The notes below the pieces were generated by a model that saw only the letters and a program-made list of their open reading frames with translations, was not told where the DNA came from and searched no databases. This document shows positions 20,845-29,942 of a stretch of 64,000 nucleotides of DNA, piece after piece (the stretch's first letter is position 1; the number at the start of each line of letters is the position of its first letter). The translations under genes were made by a program, and so were the position numbers. This stretch comes from a bacterium (lineage in GTDB: Bacteria; Patescibacteriota; Minisyncoccia; Phycocordibacterales; UBA9973), in contig JBAWZD010000003.1 of NCBI GenBank assembly GCA_037143195.1, positions 5,333-69,332 on the forward strand. Reading direction: 5' to 3'.

Positions 20845-21633
20845 TTACGGACGTGTAGTGAATGTCATGTCAGGACCATAAGTGGTACCTGCAGAGTTCG
20901 TTGCAATCGTCTGGTAGTGGTAGGTCGTCGCAGGGCGGAGTGTCGAGATAGTTGTCGGATTTGAGAATGATCCAGCACTTGTGCGAGGAGCTCCTACCAT
21001 CGTGACGGTACCGTAAGTAGTTGTAGTTCCATACTGAAAGCCAACTGTTGCGGATGATGCGCCACCGAGTGAAGTGAGACTACCGTTCAATGTGACTCCG
21101 GTGCGTGTGATACCTGTTGCAGGATTGGTCACGACTGTTGGAGCCATTGTTGTACGAACGATACATGCAGGTGTGGTAAATGGAACATTTGCTCCGTAAA
21201 TCATTCTGGTACCGGAAAGTGCGAACGCATTTACATTGTACGATGTGCCACATGGCAAACCGGTAATAGTGTACGGGTTGGTGAATGTTCCAACAGTTGT
21301 ACGAGCAAGGGGAACGCGAACGATTGTTCCTGTTCCTCCGACTGGAGCATAGTTGAATCCAACAACAACACTACTCAAGCTCCCCATGGTGTTCAAACGT
21401 CCGTTCAAGATGACGCCACCTTTTACGGTGATATTAGTTGCAGGGAGTGTAGTGACAGTTGGAAGTGTTGCTCCGTAGCCATAATATCCTGCGATGCCTT
21501 GGGCGATACGTCCTGCCGAAAGGGCAGGGTTCATTTGTGCAAATGCGACTCCACAAAATGCGGTAAAACCGATACTTGTGGCGATGATTGCTCCCTTCAA
21601 AACCTTTGTCTTCATAGTGTTTGAAATAGTCAT
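20845..21633 (-). CDS. Secreted protein made of two Fn3-like/Ig-like repeat modules
   Basis: Signal peptide, then two roughly 95-aa repeats ('TLPATNITVKGGVILNGRL...TNPYTITGLPCGTSYNVNAF' and 'TNPATGITRTGVTLNGSL...TYHYQTIATNSAGTTYGPDMTFTT'). The same module occurs in the 41398 and 56240 proteins. Confidence 0.6.
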   Translation of the reverse strand: MTISNTMKTKVLKGAIIATSIGFTAFCGVAFAQMNPALSAGRIAQGIAGYYGYGATLPTVTTLPATNITVKGGVILNGRLNTMGSLSSVVVGFNYAPVGGTGTIVRVPLARTTVGTFTNPYTITGLPCGTSYNVNAFALSGTRMIYGANVPFTTPACIVRTTMAPTVVTNPATGITRTGVTLNGSLTSLGGASSATVGFQYGTTTTYGTVTMVGAPRTSAGSFSNPTTISTLRPATTYHYQTIATNSAGTTYGPDMTFTTRP

Positions 21634-21739
21634 ACAAAAAGTGTAAAAAACATACTAACTTATTAATACACATATTATACTCTTTATGGATAATTTTGTC
21701 AAGGGGTATCTACAGGTCGCCCTATGGTACCCTTAAAGG

Positions 21740-23074
21740 ATGAAATTGCGACGATATGTGGATGTTGGGGTGATTACGGTGCTCGGAGTGCTCATTCACG
21801 TGCTTCCGTTTTGGTTGTATGGTCGTGATCCACTCGGATACGATGGCGGATTCTACCGCAGGTACATTATTGAGCACACCAATTTCCTCCATAGTGTGCC
21901 TGGGCTCGGGAGTGAGGCCCTTGTCCCAAAAATTACCTTTGATGTTTTGTCATTTTTGCACCTATCGACGAATATGATTTTGTACGGAAGCTTCATCGCG
22001 CTCTCCGCACTTGCGGGCATCATGCTTTTTCTCACATTCTCACGATATGCGGATAGACGTGTCGCGTTGTTCGCACTCATTTTCTGGGTGCTCTCTCCCG
22101 TGCAATATTTTGGATATTGGTGCATGCTCTACAAAAATATATTTGGCATTGTGCTTCTGTTACTCACGGCACTTCTGATTGAAAAAAGATCGCCGTGGAT
22201 GTACGTCGGCGCGGGGCTCATCGCGTGTACGCACCAGACAACGAGTGTTGTTTTCCTTATGTCGCTCGTCGTCTTCGCCGTCATCAACAAACAGTTCAGA
22301 CGTGAAGCCGTATTCATGTTTTGTGTTACGGCTTCAATCCTTGTCGCATTCCGTGCTCAAAGTATTGGCGCGAATCTCGTGACATTACCACAGGCAAGTT
22401 TCTTGTCGTGGTATCAATACCTAACACTCTCTGCGCCGATTCTTGGCCTCGCACTCATCGGGCTTGTACCATTCCTCAAAGCGATGCGATTCAATTTTCT
22501 CTCCGCGTTCTGCCTCGTTGCGATTGTGTATCCAATTTCACATCTTCCGTTCTATCAACGAATCTTTTTGTTTACTGATCTCGCGCTCATTCTCATGGCT
22601 GCATACGGAGCGACACTGCTTTCGGGGGAATATCTCGCACAACGTCTGAGTCCAGATAAGCATCTCGGGACAATTTTCTTGGTGAGTTTTTTGATCGGCA
22701 TGAGTCTCATGCTTGCATACAAAGTCTCGACACTTCGCGCGATGGTGACGCTTGAACAACTCTCTGCGCTCGAGCAGATTGATGTAGTCCTGCCGAAAGG
22801 GAGCTATGTGCTCACCACCTCGCAGCTCACACCATGGGTAGAAGGATTCAGTCACACGCACGTGATTGCTCCGACACTGCTCTACGATCATCATACGAAA
22901 GCTGAGTGGACAGACTATTGGAACGCGACCCGACTTACCGAGCGCACGAGTTTTTTGGATAGTTTTCCAAAACCGTTGTATGCGTTTCTGCCCCCTGAAG
23001 ACCATGACGTATTCATGCCACCAGAGTGCACGCAAAAACTCACCACATATATTTCCTTGTACACGTGTCAGTAA
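21740..23074 (+). CDS. Polytopic membrane protein, possibly a GT-C-type glycosyltransferase (hypothetical)
   Basis: About 11 predicted TM helices. No specific motif recognised. Confidence 0.45.
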   Translation: MKLRRYVDVGVITVLGVLIHVLPFWLYGRDPLGYDGGFYRRYIIEHTNFLHSVPGLGSEALVPKITFDVLSFLHLSTNMILYGSFIALSALAGIMLFLTFSRYADRRVALFALIFWVLSPVQYFGYWCMLYKNIFGIVLLLLTALLIEKRSPWMYVGAGLIACTHQTTSVVFLMSLVVFAVINKQFRREAVFMFCVTASILVAFRAQSIGANLVTLPQASFLSWYQYLTLSAPILGLALIGLVPFLKAMRFNFLSAFCLVAIVYPISHLPFYQRIFLFTDLALILMAAYGATLLSGEYLAQRLSPDKHLGTIFLVSFLIGMSLMLAYKVSTLRAMVTLEQLSALEQIDVVLPKGSYVLTTSQLTPWVEGFSHTHVIAPTLLYDHHTKAEWTDYWNATRLTERTSFLDSFPKPLYAFLPPEDHDVFMPPECTQKLTTYISLYTCQ

Positions 23075-23104
23075 TTGATTTTCCAATCGCGCTCGCGAAC
23101 ACAG

Positions 23105-23860
23105 CTATTCTTTTTTGCCGTACACGAATTCTTCTCCAAAATCGGCTAAGACCTCGCTCTCAGTTTTCTGAAAGATTGATTGCAATTCAGTGTATGCGTC
23201 GCTTTTTTCTGTTTGGTTCGTATTGTCGCTCTCGATGATTGCCTCAAGCGAGCGCACATGTTCGGCGTCACTTTTTAGCACGGGGATTCCCCGAAATTCA
23301 AGATATGACGCAAAGCCGTATTCTGAATATTTGTCTTTGAATACGCTTTTTTGTACATCAAAACGTGCGGCGATTCCGCGACTGATTGGTTCGTCAGAAC
23401 CGCTTCCCGTATATATGTAATGACCGAAGACCGTTGTTCCGTAATTTCGAGGGGAGGGCAAGAGTGGAGCCTCTTGATTGACGAGGTTTACAAGCTTCTC
23501 TAGATTTTCTCGTGAGCCCACGTAGATGGTCGCGCCAGAATCTGTTTTTGCATTAAACCATGTACCGATTGCGCCATCAATTTTAAAATATTGACCGTAG
23601 TCATTCAGGAGGTTCGCAAGGAATTTTTCAAACCCTTTTTCGAATTGCACATGTACCTTCCAGCCTTTCGATGAATATTCTGCGTTGAGTGATGTTTTTG
23701 GGGATTGGTAATAGAAACGTCGTCCATATTCTGGATTATTGAAATCACCGTATTGTCTGTTCCAGTCAGCGAGGAATTCTTGCTGGCTCAAATTTGGATG
23801 TTTTTCCGGCAGGCTCTCACTCGCGTGAGGCTCTTGAATCGGTAGGCTGTCGAATCCCAT
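23105..23860 (-). CDS. Hypothetical protein
   Basis: 251-aa ORF immediately downstream of the ATP-grasp gene on the same strand. Confidence 0.45.
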   Translation of the reverse strand: MGFDSLPIQEPHASESLPEKHPNLSQQEFLADWNRQYGDFNNPEYGRRFYYQSPKTSLNAEYSSKGWKVHVQFEKGFEKFLANLLNDYGQYFKIDGAIGTWFNAKTDSGATIYVGSRENLEKLVNLVNQEAPLLPSPRNYGTTVFGHYIYTGSGSDEPISRGIAARFDVQKSVFKDKYSEYGFASYLEFRGIPVLKSDAEHVRSLEAIIESDNTNQTEKSDAYTELQSIFQKTESEVLADFGEEFVYGKKE

Positions 23861-23923
23861 ATGGACGTAATAGTAACCTACTTTTTGGAATAAAAGTCAC
23901 CGGACTTATTTTGGAGCACTCGG

Positions 23924-24955
23924 TCAAGCATCTTTATTCTCGAGGCTTTGTAGTACCTGCAAGTACAGATTTTCTACTATTTTCTCCTGCGCCTTACCAA
24001 GCTTTACATAATGATCAAGACCAGGCGCAGCATTGATTTCAAGAACCCAATATTTTTTAGGCGATTGAGATATGTCTCCATCGATCATTATATCCACTCC
24101 GCACAATCGAAGATTCATGTCACGGGTGAGACGCACTGCCACTTTTTTGAAATCAGGATGTATTTTTTCTGTTACATCGATAGAATCTCCGCCAGTCGAA
24201 AGATTCGCATTATCCAGAAGGTATACTCGTTCACCATGAGCGGGAACAGATCGAAACGTCTTACCTTGATGCTCGAGTTTTATTTTGATCCGAGGATCAG
24301 TCATTTTTATTTGCGTGTCACGGTGTTCGACAATAAATTTCCTCTGTTTTTCTTTGAGGAGTTTTTCGATAGTGGATTTCCCGTCACCGAGGACGTTTAA
24401 AGGGATTCTTTCGTATGCTGAAATAACTCGATCATCGAGCACGACGATTCGGTAATCCTTTCCTTGAAGCGCTTTTTGTACGAGGGCAACACGGTCTCTT
24501 TTAAATATTGATCGCATCGCTTGGTAGAGCTCTTTTTTGTTGTGGACAAGAGAAACTCCAGATCCCTGACTTCCACTATTTGGTTTTACAACGACTGGAA
24601 AACCAATTTTCTGTGCAAAAATATATGCGGCATCAATGTTCTTGTGAGTACTTCCAATGGCTTCCGCCCACTCCTTTGAAAAGAAGGCCTTGCTGTTTGG
24701 CACAACAGAATACCCGAGCCGTTTCATAAAGATGCTTGCGTAATCTTTATCTTTCGCAATGTCTGACGCACCAACAGGATTAAGGTCGAGTGTATTGTAA
24801 CGGAAATATGACTTCCTTCCGCTCTTAAAAGTGATCTGTCCGGCGATGTTCCACTCTGGCTCAAGAAAAACAGTTGCGCCGATTTGCGGCGCGATCCGCT
24901 TTAGCATTTTACCGAGAATTAGAGACTCCTTCTTGTTTTTCATAGGTGTAAGCAT
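23924..24955 (-). CDS. ATP-grasp family ligase (RimK/glutathione-synthetase-like)
   Basis: 'PVVVKPNSGSQGSGVSLV' and 'VLEINAAPGL' ATP-grasp motifs, plus an N-terminal pre-ATP-grasp region. Confidence 0.6.
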   Translation of the reverse strand: MLTPMKNKKESLILGKMLKRIAPQIGATVFLEPEWNIAGQITFKSGRKSYFRYNTLDLNPVGASDIAKDKDYASIFMKRLGYSVVPNSKAFFSKEWAEAIGSTHKNIDAAYIFAQKIGFPVVVKPNSGSQGSGVSLVHNKKELYQAMRSIFKRDRVALVQKALQGKDYRIVVLDDRVISAYERIPLNVLGDGKSTIEKLLKEKQRKFIVEHRDTQIKMTDPRIKIKLEHQGKTFRSVPAHGERVYLLDNANLSTGGDSIDVTEKIHPDFKKVAVRLTRDMNLRLCGVDIMIDGDISQSPKKYWVLEINAAPGLDHYVKLGKAQEKIVENLYLQVLQSLENKDA

Positions 24956-25322
24956 TGTAGCTTACAACCTGCTGTGGGGAAAGAAATCCGTTTTCAGTCA
25001 AAGACACAGTACAGGTGAGGGGCAAAATAAATAACCGGCTGTCCACTTAGATGAACAACCGGTGTTTTTCTCCTCTTGTCACTTCATCGCTCTTTGGATG
25101 AAGTCTTCTGTGGGTCGAGGAGAGAATATGCCCAAAGCTGATGCTAATCTAACATAATAAATGACCCATGCAAATATGGGTCATTTTACTGCGGAGGACC
25201 GTTGAGGCTGTTAGAACTTGGTATGAGGGACAAAGTGTGCCGATCTATGTGCCAAAGTTGGGTAAACTAACTCATTAATATTCAGAAAATCCTTATAACA
25301 AAAGGGTTTTATTAAATATATA

Positions 25323-25351
25323 TTGACAAATAGTATTTTAAGGTGTATAAT
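25323..25351 (+). promoter_or_regulatory. Consensus sigma70-type promoter
   Basis: TTGACA (25323-25328), 17-nt spacer, TATAAT (25346-25351). The start codon follows about 200 nt downstream. Confidence 0.5.
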
Positions 25352-25551
25352 ATGTAACAGTTCATTATCCTTTGAAAATGATAAATATTCCGCAAAAAGA
25401 AAGCTCTAGCGAGTGAGTAACCTCCTTAATCGTCCCAGAAAAGCATAGCCATGCAGGAGGCTGGGTTAGTAGCAGATGACGCTAGGAAAGACTAGAAAGC
25501 ATACGCATGCCCTCGGATTAAACAAGACCTTGACCGAGCAAGGCAAAACAA

Positions 25552-26367
25552 ATGGTATTATTGCGTTTTAATGGCAGACAAATTGTTAAAGCAGAAAACA
25601 TAGGCGAAATGATTGCCTATAATCTTCACATGACTTACGCCGATCATGGTTGGAAATTGGCAGAAATTCCACAACCACGCAAAGACGAGGTGGTGGTAAT
25701 GATTGCTGATGCTCAAATAGCGGGACCAGTAGGTGTCCTATATCTTCACAAAAGATATTTAAATAAGGACAACTACGGTGATCTTCAGGTTGATCCCAGG
25801 GTACAGGATACTTTGAGGATGTTTAGAGGGAAGAGCCACAGTTGGCTCATGGTTGTAAAACCAACCTCGGAATACAAGATTCAACTCTTTGGGAAAGTTT
25901 TCCTACTAAAGGACTATGAATCTTTTATCAGTGAAGACGGTATTGTTGAGATACGGCCGTTCGATCTGCGTCTTCGTATTAACGGGATACAAGTCCCAAC
26001 CAGAACAGGGGCTGAGTGTGTTCCCGGTCATGTTGAATGGTGTTTATCCGAGAAAGTAGGTATCAAAATTGCAGACCCAGTTGTTTCTGAGAAGCTGGAA
26101 TTAACCACGGGCTTTTACTTGCCCAATGGTTTCCGTTTTTTTAACAAGTTCGCTCAAGGATTTGAATGGGCAGATGGAAAACGGCAAGTTTTTGAGGATA
26201 ATCTATTCATTGTCAGTGCGGAATGTTTCTTCGATGAGGAGGAAAATTTTCACACTGGCTGTGGGGAGTTTACAAATTGGGAAATTCAGTGGAAAGAAAC
26301 CGGAGCGGGTACGCTCGGTGGGTACAAAGAAAAAGAGCTTGAGGCCATACGCAAAAAGTTCAATTAA
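25552..26367 (+). CDS. Hypothetical protein
   Basis: 271-aa ORF in AT-rich DNA. Followed by a perfect palindromic terminator. Confidence 0.5.
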   Translation: MVLLRFNGRQIVKAENIGEMIAYNLHMTYADHGWKLAEIPQPRKDEVVVMIADAQIAGPVGVLYLHKRYLNKDNYGDLQVDPRVQDTLRMFRGKSHSWLMVVKPTSEYKIQLFGKVFLLKDYESFISEDGIVEIRPFDLRLRINGIQVPTRTGAECVPGHVEWCLSEKVGIKIADPVVSEKLELTTGFYLPNGFRFFNKFAQGFEWADGKRQVFEDNLFIVSAECFFDEEENFHTGCGEFTNWEIQWKETGAGTLGGYKEKELEAIRKKFN

Positions 26368-26393
26368 GTTCCTAAGTGCTATAAATTCTATCA

Positions 26394-26425
26394 GAGGCGA
26401 GCAATTCATTGCTCGCCTCTATTTT
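26394..26425 (+). terminator. Rho-independent terminator
   Basis: Perfect 12-bp stem GAGGCGAGCAAT/ATTGCTCGCCTC followed by TATTTTATT. Confidence 0.65.
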
Positions 26426-26515
26426 ATTATGGCTTGGATATTGTTTGAGATATCTAGGTTCGAATCTCACTCTCTGTGTCGAAATCCAACCATATTTTAC
26501 AAACTTCAAAATCTG

Positions 26516-26602
26516 CGGAGGCGGTGAGATTCGAACTCACGGTACCCTTTCGGATACGACAGTTTTCAAGACTGTTGCCTTCAACCACTCAGCCACGCCT
26601 CC
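26516..26602 (-). tRNA. tRNA-Ser (anticodon TGA)
   Basis: 87-nt cloverleaf on the minus strand. Acceptor GGAGGCG/CGCCTCC, anticodon stem ACAGT/ACTGT, loop CTTGAAA, long variable arm, T-arm GAGTTCGAATCTC. Confidence 0.75.
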
Positions 26603-26683
26603 GTATGCGTTATTTTGTTCTGCCTGATTACATTACCTTATTTCTCTCTTTTTTTCAATTTTTTGAGTATACTAGGCATATAT

Positions 26684-27100
26684 ATGAAATATCTCGGCAT
26701 AGACTATGGGACGAAGCGCATTGGTATTGCGGTGAGTGATTCTGACGGAACGCTCGCGCGACCAGTGGCTGTGGTGAAGAATACGACCGGTTTTTTGGAT
26801 GAAATCGAGGGTATTATTGCTCGCGAAGGGGTAGAGGGAATCGTTGTTGGAAGTTCAGAGGGCAATAAAGTGCAGCGAGATATTGAAGAACTCATTGGAC
26901 AGCTCACCCTGACGACATTTTTGCCGGTGGAGACTATTACTGAGGCTTTTAGTTCTATGGAGGCGCATGGGAAGCGCGGCAAGGAACAGATGGCGGCGCG
27001 GGCGACCAAAGCTCCGACCAAGCCGACTGACCTCGACGCCCGCGCCGCAGCTGTCATCCTTCAGCGATACCTCGATACGAACAGTAAAAAAAGGAAATAG
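26684..27100 (+). CDS. ruvX: Pre-16S rRNA nuclease/Holliday junction resolvase-like RuvX (YqgF)
   Basis: N-terminal 'MKYLGIDYGTKRIGIAVSD' RNase H-like YqgF signature. Confidence 0.8.
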   Translation: MKYLGIDYGTKRIGIAVSDSDGTLARPVAVVKNTTGFLDEIEGIIAREGVEGIVVGSSEGNKVQRDIEELIGQLTLTTFLPVETITEAFSSMEAHGKRGKEQMAARATKAPTKPTDLDARAAAVILQRYLDTNSKKRK

Positions 27101-27143
27101 AAACAAACTTGCGTTTCATTTGTACATTTTGTACAATATACGC

Positions 27144-27401
27144 ATGAAGATAAAGACGCTCTCGACAACTGAAGCTCGCGCCCGTCTCGGGGATATTGTG
27201 TCCGAAGTTCACACTTCGGGTATTGGTGTTGTTATTGGACGACGTGACGAACCTCTCGCAGTACTTGTTTCGTTTCCTCGCGCATACAATCGCGACCTTT
27301 CTGAGCTGACAAATATCAATGCATATTCAAAGAGTTTTGATTTCCTTGCTGATGAACCTGACCTTTATTCACGAGCTGACTTAAAAAAGAAATATGTCTA
27401 A
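27144..27401 (+). CDS. Phd/YefM-family antitoxin
   Basis: 'LSTTEARARLGDIVSEV...VVIGRRDEPLAVLVS' Phd/YefM fold. Its stop overlaps the start of the downstream toxin (ATGTCTAA). Confidence 0.6.
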   Translation: MKIKTLSTTEARARLGDIVSEVHTSGIGVVIGRRDEPLAVLVSFPRAYNRDLSELTNINAYSKSFDFLADEPDLYSRADLKKKYV

Positions 27402-27732
27402 GGTGGGGAAGATAGTCCTTGTGCCGTTTCCCTTTACTGATCTCTCTGGTGAGAAAGTTCGCCCCGCGCTTGTGCTCGCAGATGACGACAAGGATGCCGA
27501 CTTCCTTGTCTGTTTTATTACCACGGTCGTCTCAAAAAAAGAAAAATACGGAGTGGTGATTTCAAAAGAGGATATTCATTTCAAGAAAACGGGATTGAAA
27601 GCGACTTCTGTAATCCGTGTTTCAAAGATAGCGACACTCGACAAGAAAGTTGCACTGGGAGAAATCGGAGAACTTGATATTAAAAAAATACAACAAGTAA
27701 GAAAGGCGTTGAGGGAATACCTACAAGTGTAG
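27394..27732 (+). CDS. PemK/MazF-family toxin (endoribonuclease)
   Basis: 'GKIVLVPFPFTDLSGEKVRPALVL' PemK/MazF signature. 112 aa. Confidence 0.7.
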   Translation: MSKVGKIVLVPFPFTDLSGEKVRPALVLADDDKDADFLVCFITTVVSKKEKYGVVISKEDIHFKKTGLKATSVIRVSKIATLDKKVALGEIGELDIKKIQQVRKALREYLQV

Positions 27733-27772
27733 TGCTACCAAAAGCATACCAATTAGGATATACTCCAAATAT

Positions 27773-28192
27773 ATGGAATACGTTTCCTACGATGAATTTA
27801 AGAAGATGGATATGCGTGTTGGCACGATCCGTGCCGTCGAACCAGTCGAGGGGACTGACAAGCTTTTGAAATGCCAAATTGATTTTGGTGAATTCGAAGA
27901 AGTTGTATCACCTGTCGCAAGTGACGATGATGTCGAGGCAAGCACTGAAGTTGTAGCCGAAGCTCCGGCTCCGATTCCAAAACTCCGCCAGATTGTCTCT
28001 GGTATTCGTGAATATTTTCCTGAATATGAAAAACTTGTTGGCAAACAGGTCCTCTATATTGTAAATCTTGAACCACGCATGATTCGTGGTGTTGAGAGTA
28101 GGGGCATGCTCATGGCTGTCGATGGCAAAGATGGGAAACCAGTATTTCTTTCTCCTGAAGTCGAAGTGAACGCAGGGTCACACGTGCGCTAA
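27773..28192 (+). CDS. tRNA-binding protein (CsaA/Trbp111-like OB-fold)
   Basis: 'DMRVGTIRAVEPVEGTDKLLKCQIDFGE...GRQVLYIVNLEPRMIRGVESRGMLMA' is the Trbp111/MetRS C-terminal-domain pattern. Confidence 0.6.
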   Translation: MEYVSYDEFKKMDMRVGTIRAVEPVEGTDKLLKCQIDFGEFEEVVSPVASDDDVEASTEVVAEAPAPIPKLRQIVSGIREYFPEYEKLVGKQVLYIVNLEPRMIRGVESRGMLMAVDGKDGKPVFLSPEVEVNAGSHVR

Positions 28193-28201
28193 CATATTAC
28201 A

Positions 28202-28789
28202 ATGGAACAACTCATCCCACTCATCGAGACCGTCGGCTACATCGGAGTATTCGGAATGATTTTTGCTGAGACAGGACTTCTGGTCGGATTTTTCTTTCCA
28301 GGAGATACGCTCCTTTTTGCTGCTGGTATTCTTGCCTCAAAAGGGATTTTTAATATTGTCATTCTGCTCACCGGTGCCGCAATTATGGCAATACTCGGCG
28401 ATACGACTGGCTACATGATTGGCAAAAAAATCGGCCCCAAAATTTTTGTACGTGAAGACTCACTGTTTTTTAAACAAGTCTATGTCACTCGCGCACAACA
28501 TTTTTTTCAAAAGCATGGACGAAAAACAATTTTCTTGTCTCGCTATATTCCCATCGTTCGTACGTTCGCTCCCGTCGTTGCCGGTGTGGGGGAGATGCCG
28601 TACCATACATTTATTCTCTACAATATTACAGGAGGAATCGTGTGGTGTTTTTCGATTGGGCTTGCTGGATATTTCCTCGGCACACGAATTCCGAATATCG
28701 ATCAGTACATACTGCCGATAGTTATTGGTATTTTTGTGCTTTCGTTTCTACCAGTTATCCGTCAGTTTTTCCCATCCAAGAAAAAATAG
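28202..28789 (+). CDS. DedA/VTT-family membrane protein
   Basis: 'FFFPGDTLLFAAGILAS' DedA motif. 195 aa, polytopic. Confidence 0.75.
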   Translation: MEQLIPLIETVGYIGVFGMIFAETGLLVGFFFPGDTLLFAAGILASKGIFNIVILLTGAAIMAILGDTTGYMIGKKIGPKIFVREDSLFFKQVYVTRAQHFFQKHGRKTIFLSRYIPIVRTFAPVVAGVGEMPYHTFILYNITGGIVWCFSIGLAGYFLGTRIPNIDQYILPIVIGIFVLSFLPVIRQFFPSKKK

Positions 28790-28901
28790 CCTGAAATATG
28801 CACAGGATTGTTTCTTTCGAGCTTCATTTGGCGTATACTAGGTCTGTATGACTGAGGCACGTCCACGGAATTTTCTTTTTCCACCACCAGCATTTATTTT
28901 G

Positions 28902-29942
28902 ATGCCAGCGGTTGGAATTGATATTTCTGATCGAAGTATAAAATACGCGCGACTCGTTCCTTTTGGAGACGGGTACAAACTTGGTGACTTCGGATCTGTT
29001 CCACTTGCGCCAGGTATTGTTGAAGCAGGCCGAATCATCTCACCAGAAATGCTCGAAGCAGCGCTCGGCAATCTTCGCCGTGACCACGACATAACGTTTG
29101 CGCGAGCTGCTCTTCCAGAAGAGCAAATGTACTTTTTCCGCATGACTATTCCTGCCGGACCACGCGATGTCCTTCGAGACACCATCGAGCTTTCGCTCGA
29201 AGAGCACGTGCCAATCGCAGGACCTGATGCAGTATTTGATTTTGAAGTCGTAAATAGTACCGATTCAGATGTTGAAGTTGCGGTTACCGCTGCTCCTCGT
29301 TCAATCGTTGAAAGTTATACCGATACTTTTTCCCGAGCTGGATTGACCCTTCTTTCACTTGAGCTTGAAGCTGAAGCAATTGCACGCACTGTTATTCACA
29401 ACGAGGACACCTTCGCGCACCTTATCGTTGATTTCGGGGAGACTCGCACTGGTATCGCGATTAGTTACAAAGGGGAAGTATACTTCACTTCGACAATTGC
29501 AATCGGGGGACGCATGCTCACTGAGACACTCGCGAAACATTTTAGTGTTTCAATGGAAGAAGCAGAAAAAATGAAACATGATTTTGGTTTGAGTCGTAAT
29601 ACTGAGCACCAAGATTTGTTTTCACTCCTATTGAACAACGTCGCCGTACTTCGTGATGAGATCAACAAGCACTTTATCTACTGGCACACTCATCCAGATG
29701 AAAACGGAAATGCGCGACCAACAATCGAAGAGATTGTATTGGTCGGAGGGGGATCAAACCTCGCCGGTCTTCCAGACTACTTGTCTGCATCGCTTCGGGT
29801 CAAAACATCAGTAGCGAATATTTGGACAAACGTGACGATGCCGGATGGTGGTGTGCCTGAGCTGTCTCGAAATGAATCGGTTGGGTATGCGACCGCCGTT
29901 GGACTTTCGCTTCATGAAGCATCAAGTGATCAAATCATATGA
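28902..29942 (+). CDS. pilM: Type IV pilus assembly protein PilM (actin-like ATPase fold)
   Basis: 'VGIDISDRSIKYARL' N-terminus and a PilM-like actin fold. Followed by pilN-like and pilO-like genes. Confidence 0.7.
   Translation: MPAVGIDISDRSIKYARLVPFGDGYKLGDFGSVPLAPGIVEAGRIISPEMLEAALGNLRRDHDITFARAALPEEQMYFFRMTIPAGPRDVLRDTIELSLEEHVPIAGPDAVFDFEVVNSTDSDVEVAVTAAPRSIVESYTDTFSRAGLTLLSLELEAEAIARTVIHNEDTFAHLIVDFGETRTGIAISYKGEVYFTSTIAIGGRMLTETLAKHFSVSMEEAEKMKHDFGLSRNTEHQDLFSLLLNNVAVLRDEINKHFIYWHTHPDENGNARPTIEEIVLVGGGSNLAGLPDYLSASLRVKTSVANIWTNVTMPDGGVPELSRNESVGYATAVGLSLHEASSDQII

Noticed and set aside
26409-26739. ORFs 26409..26627, 26476..26739 and 26126..26527
   Set aside because: They overlap the tRNA-Ser gene and the terminator/promoter region. 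There is no coding signal.
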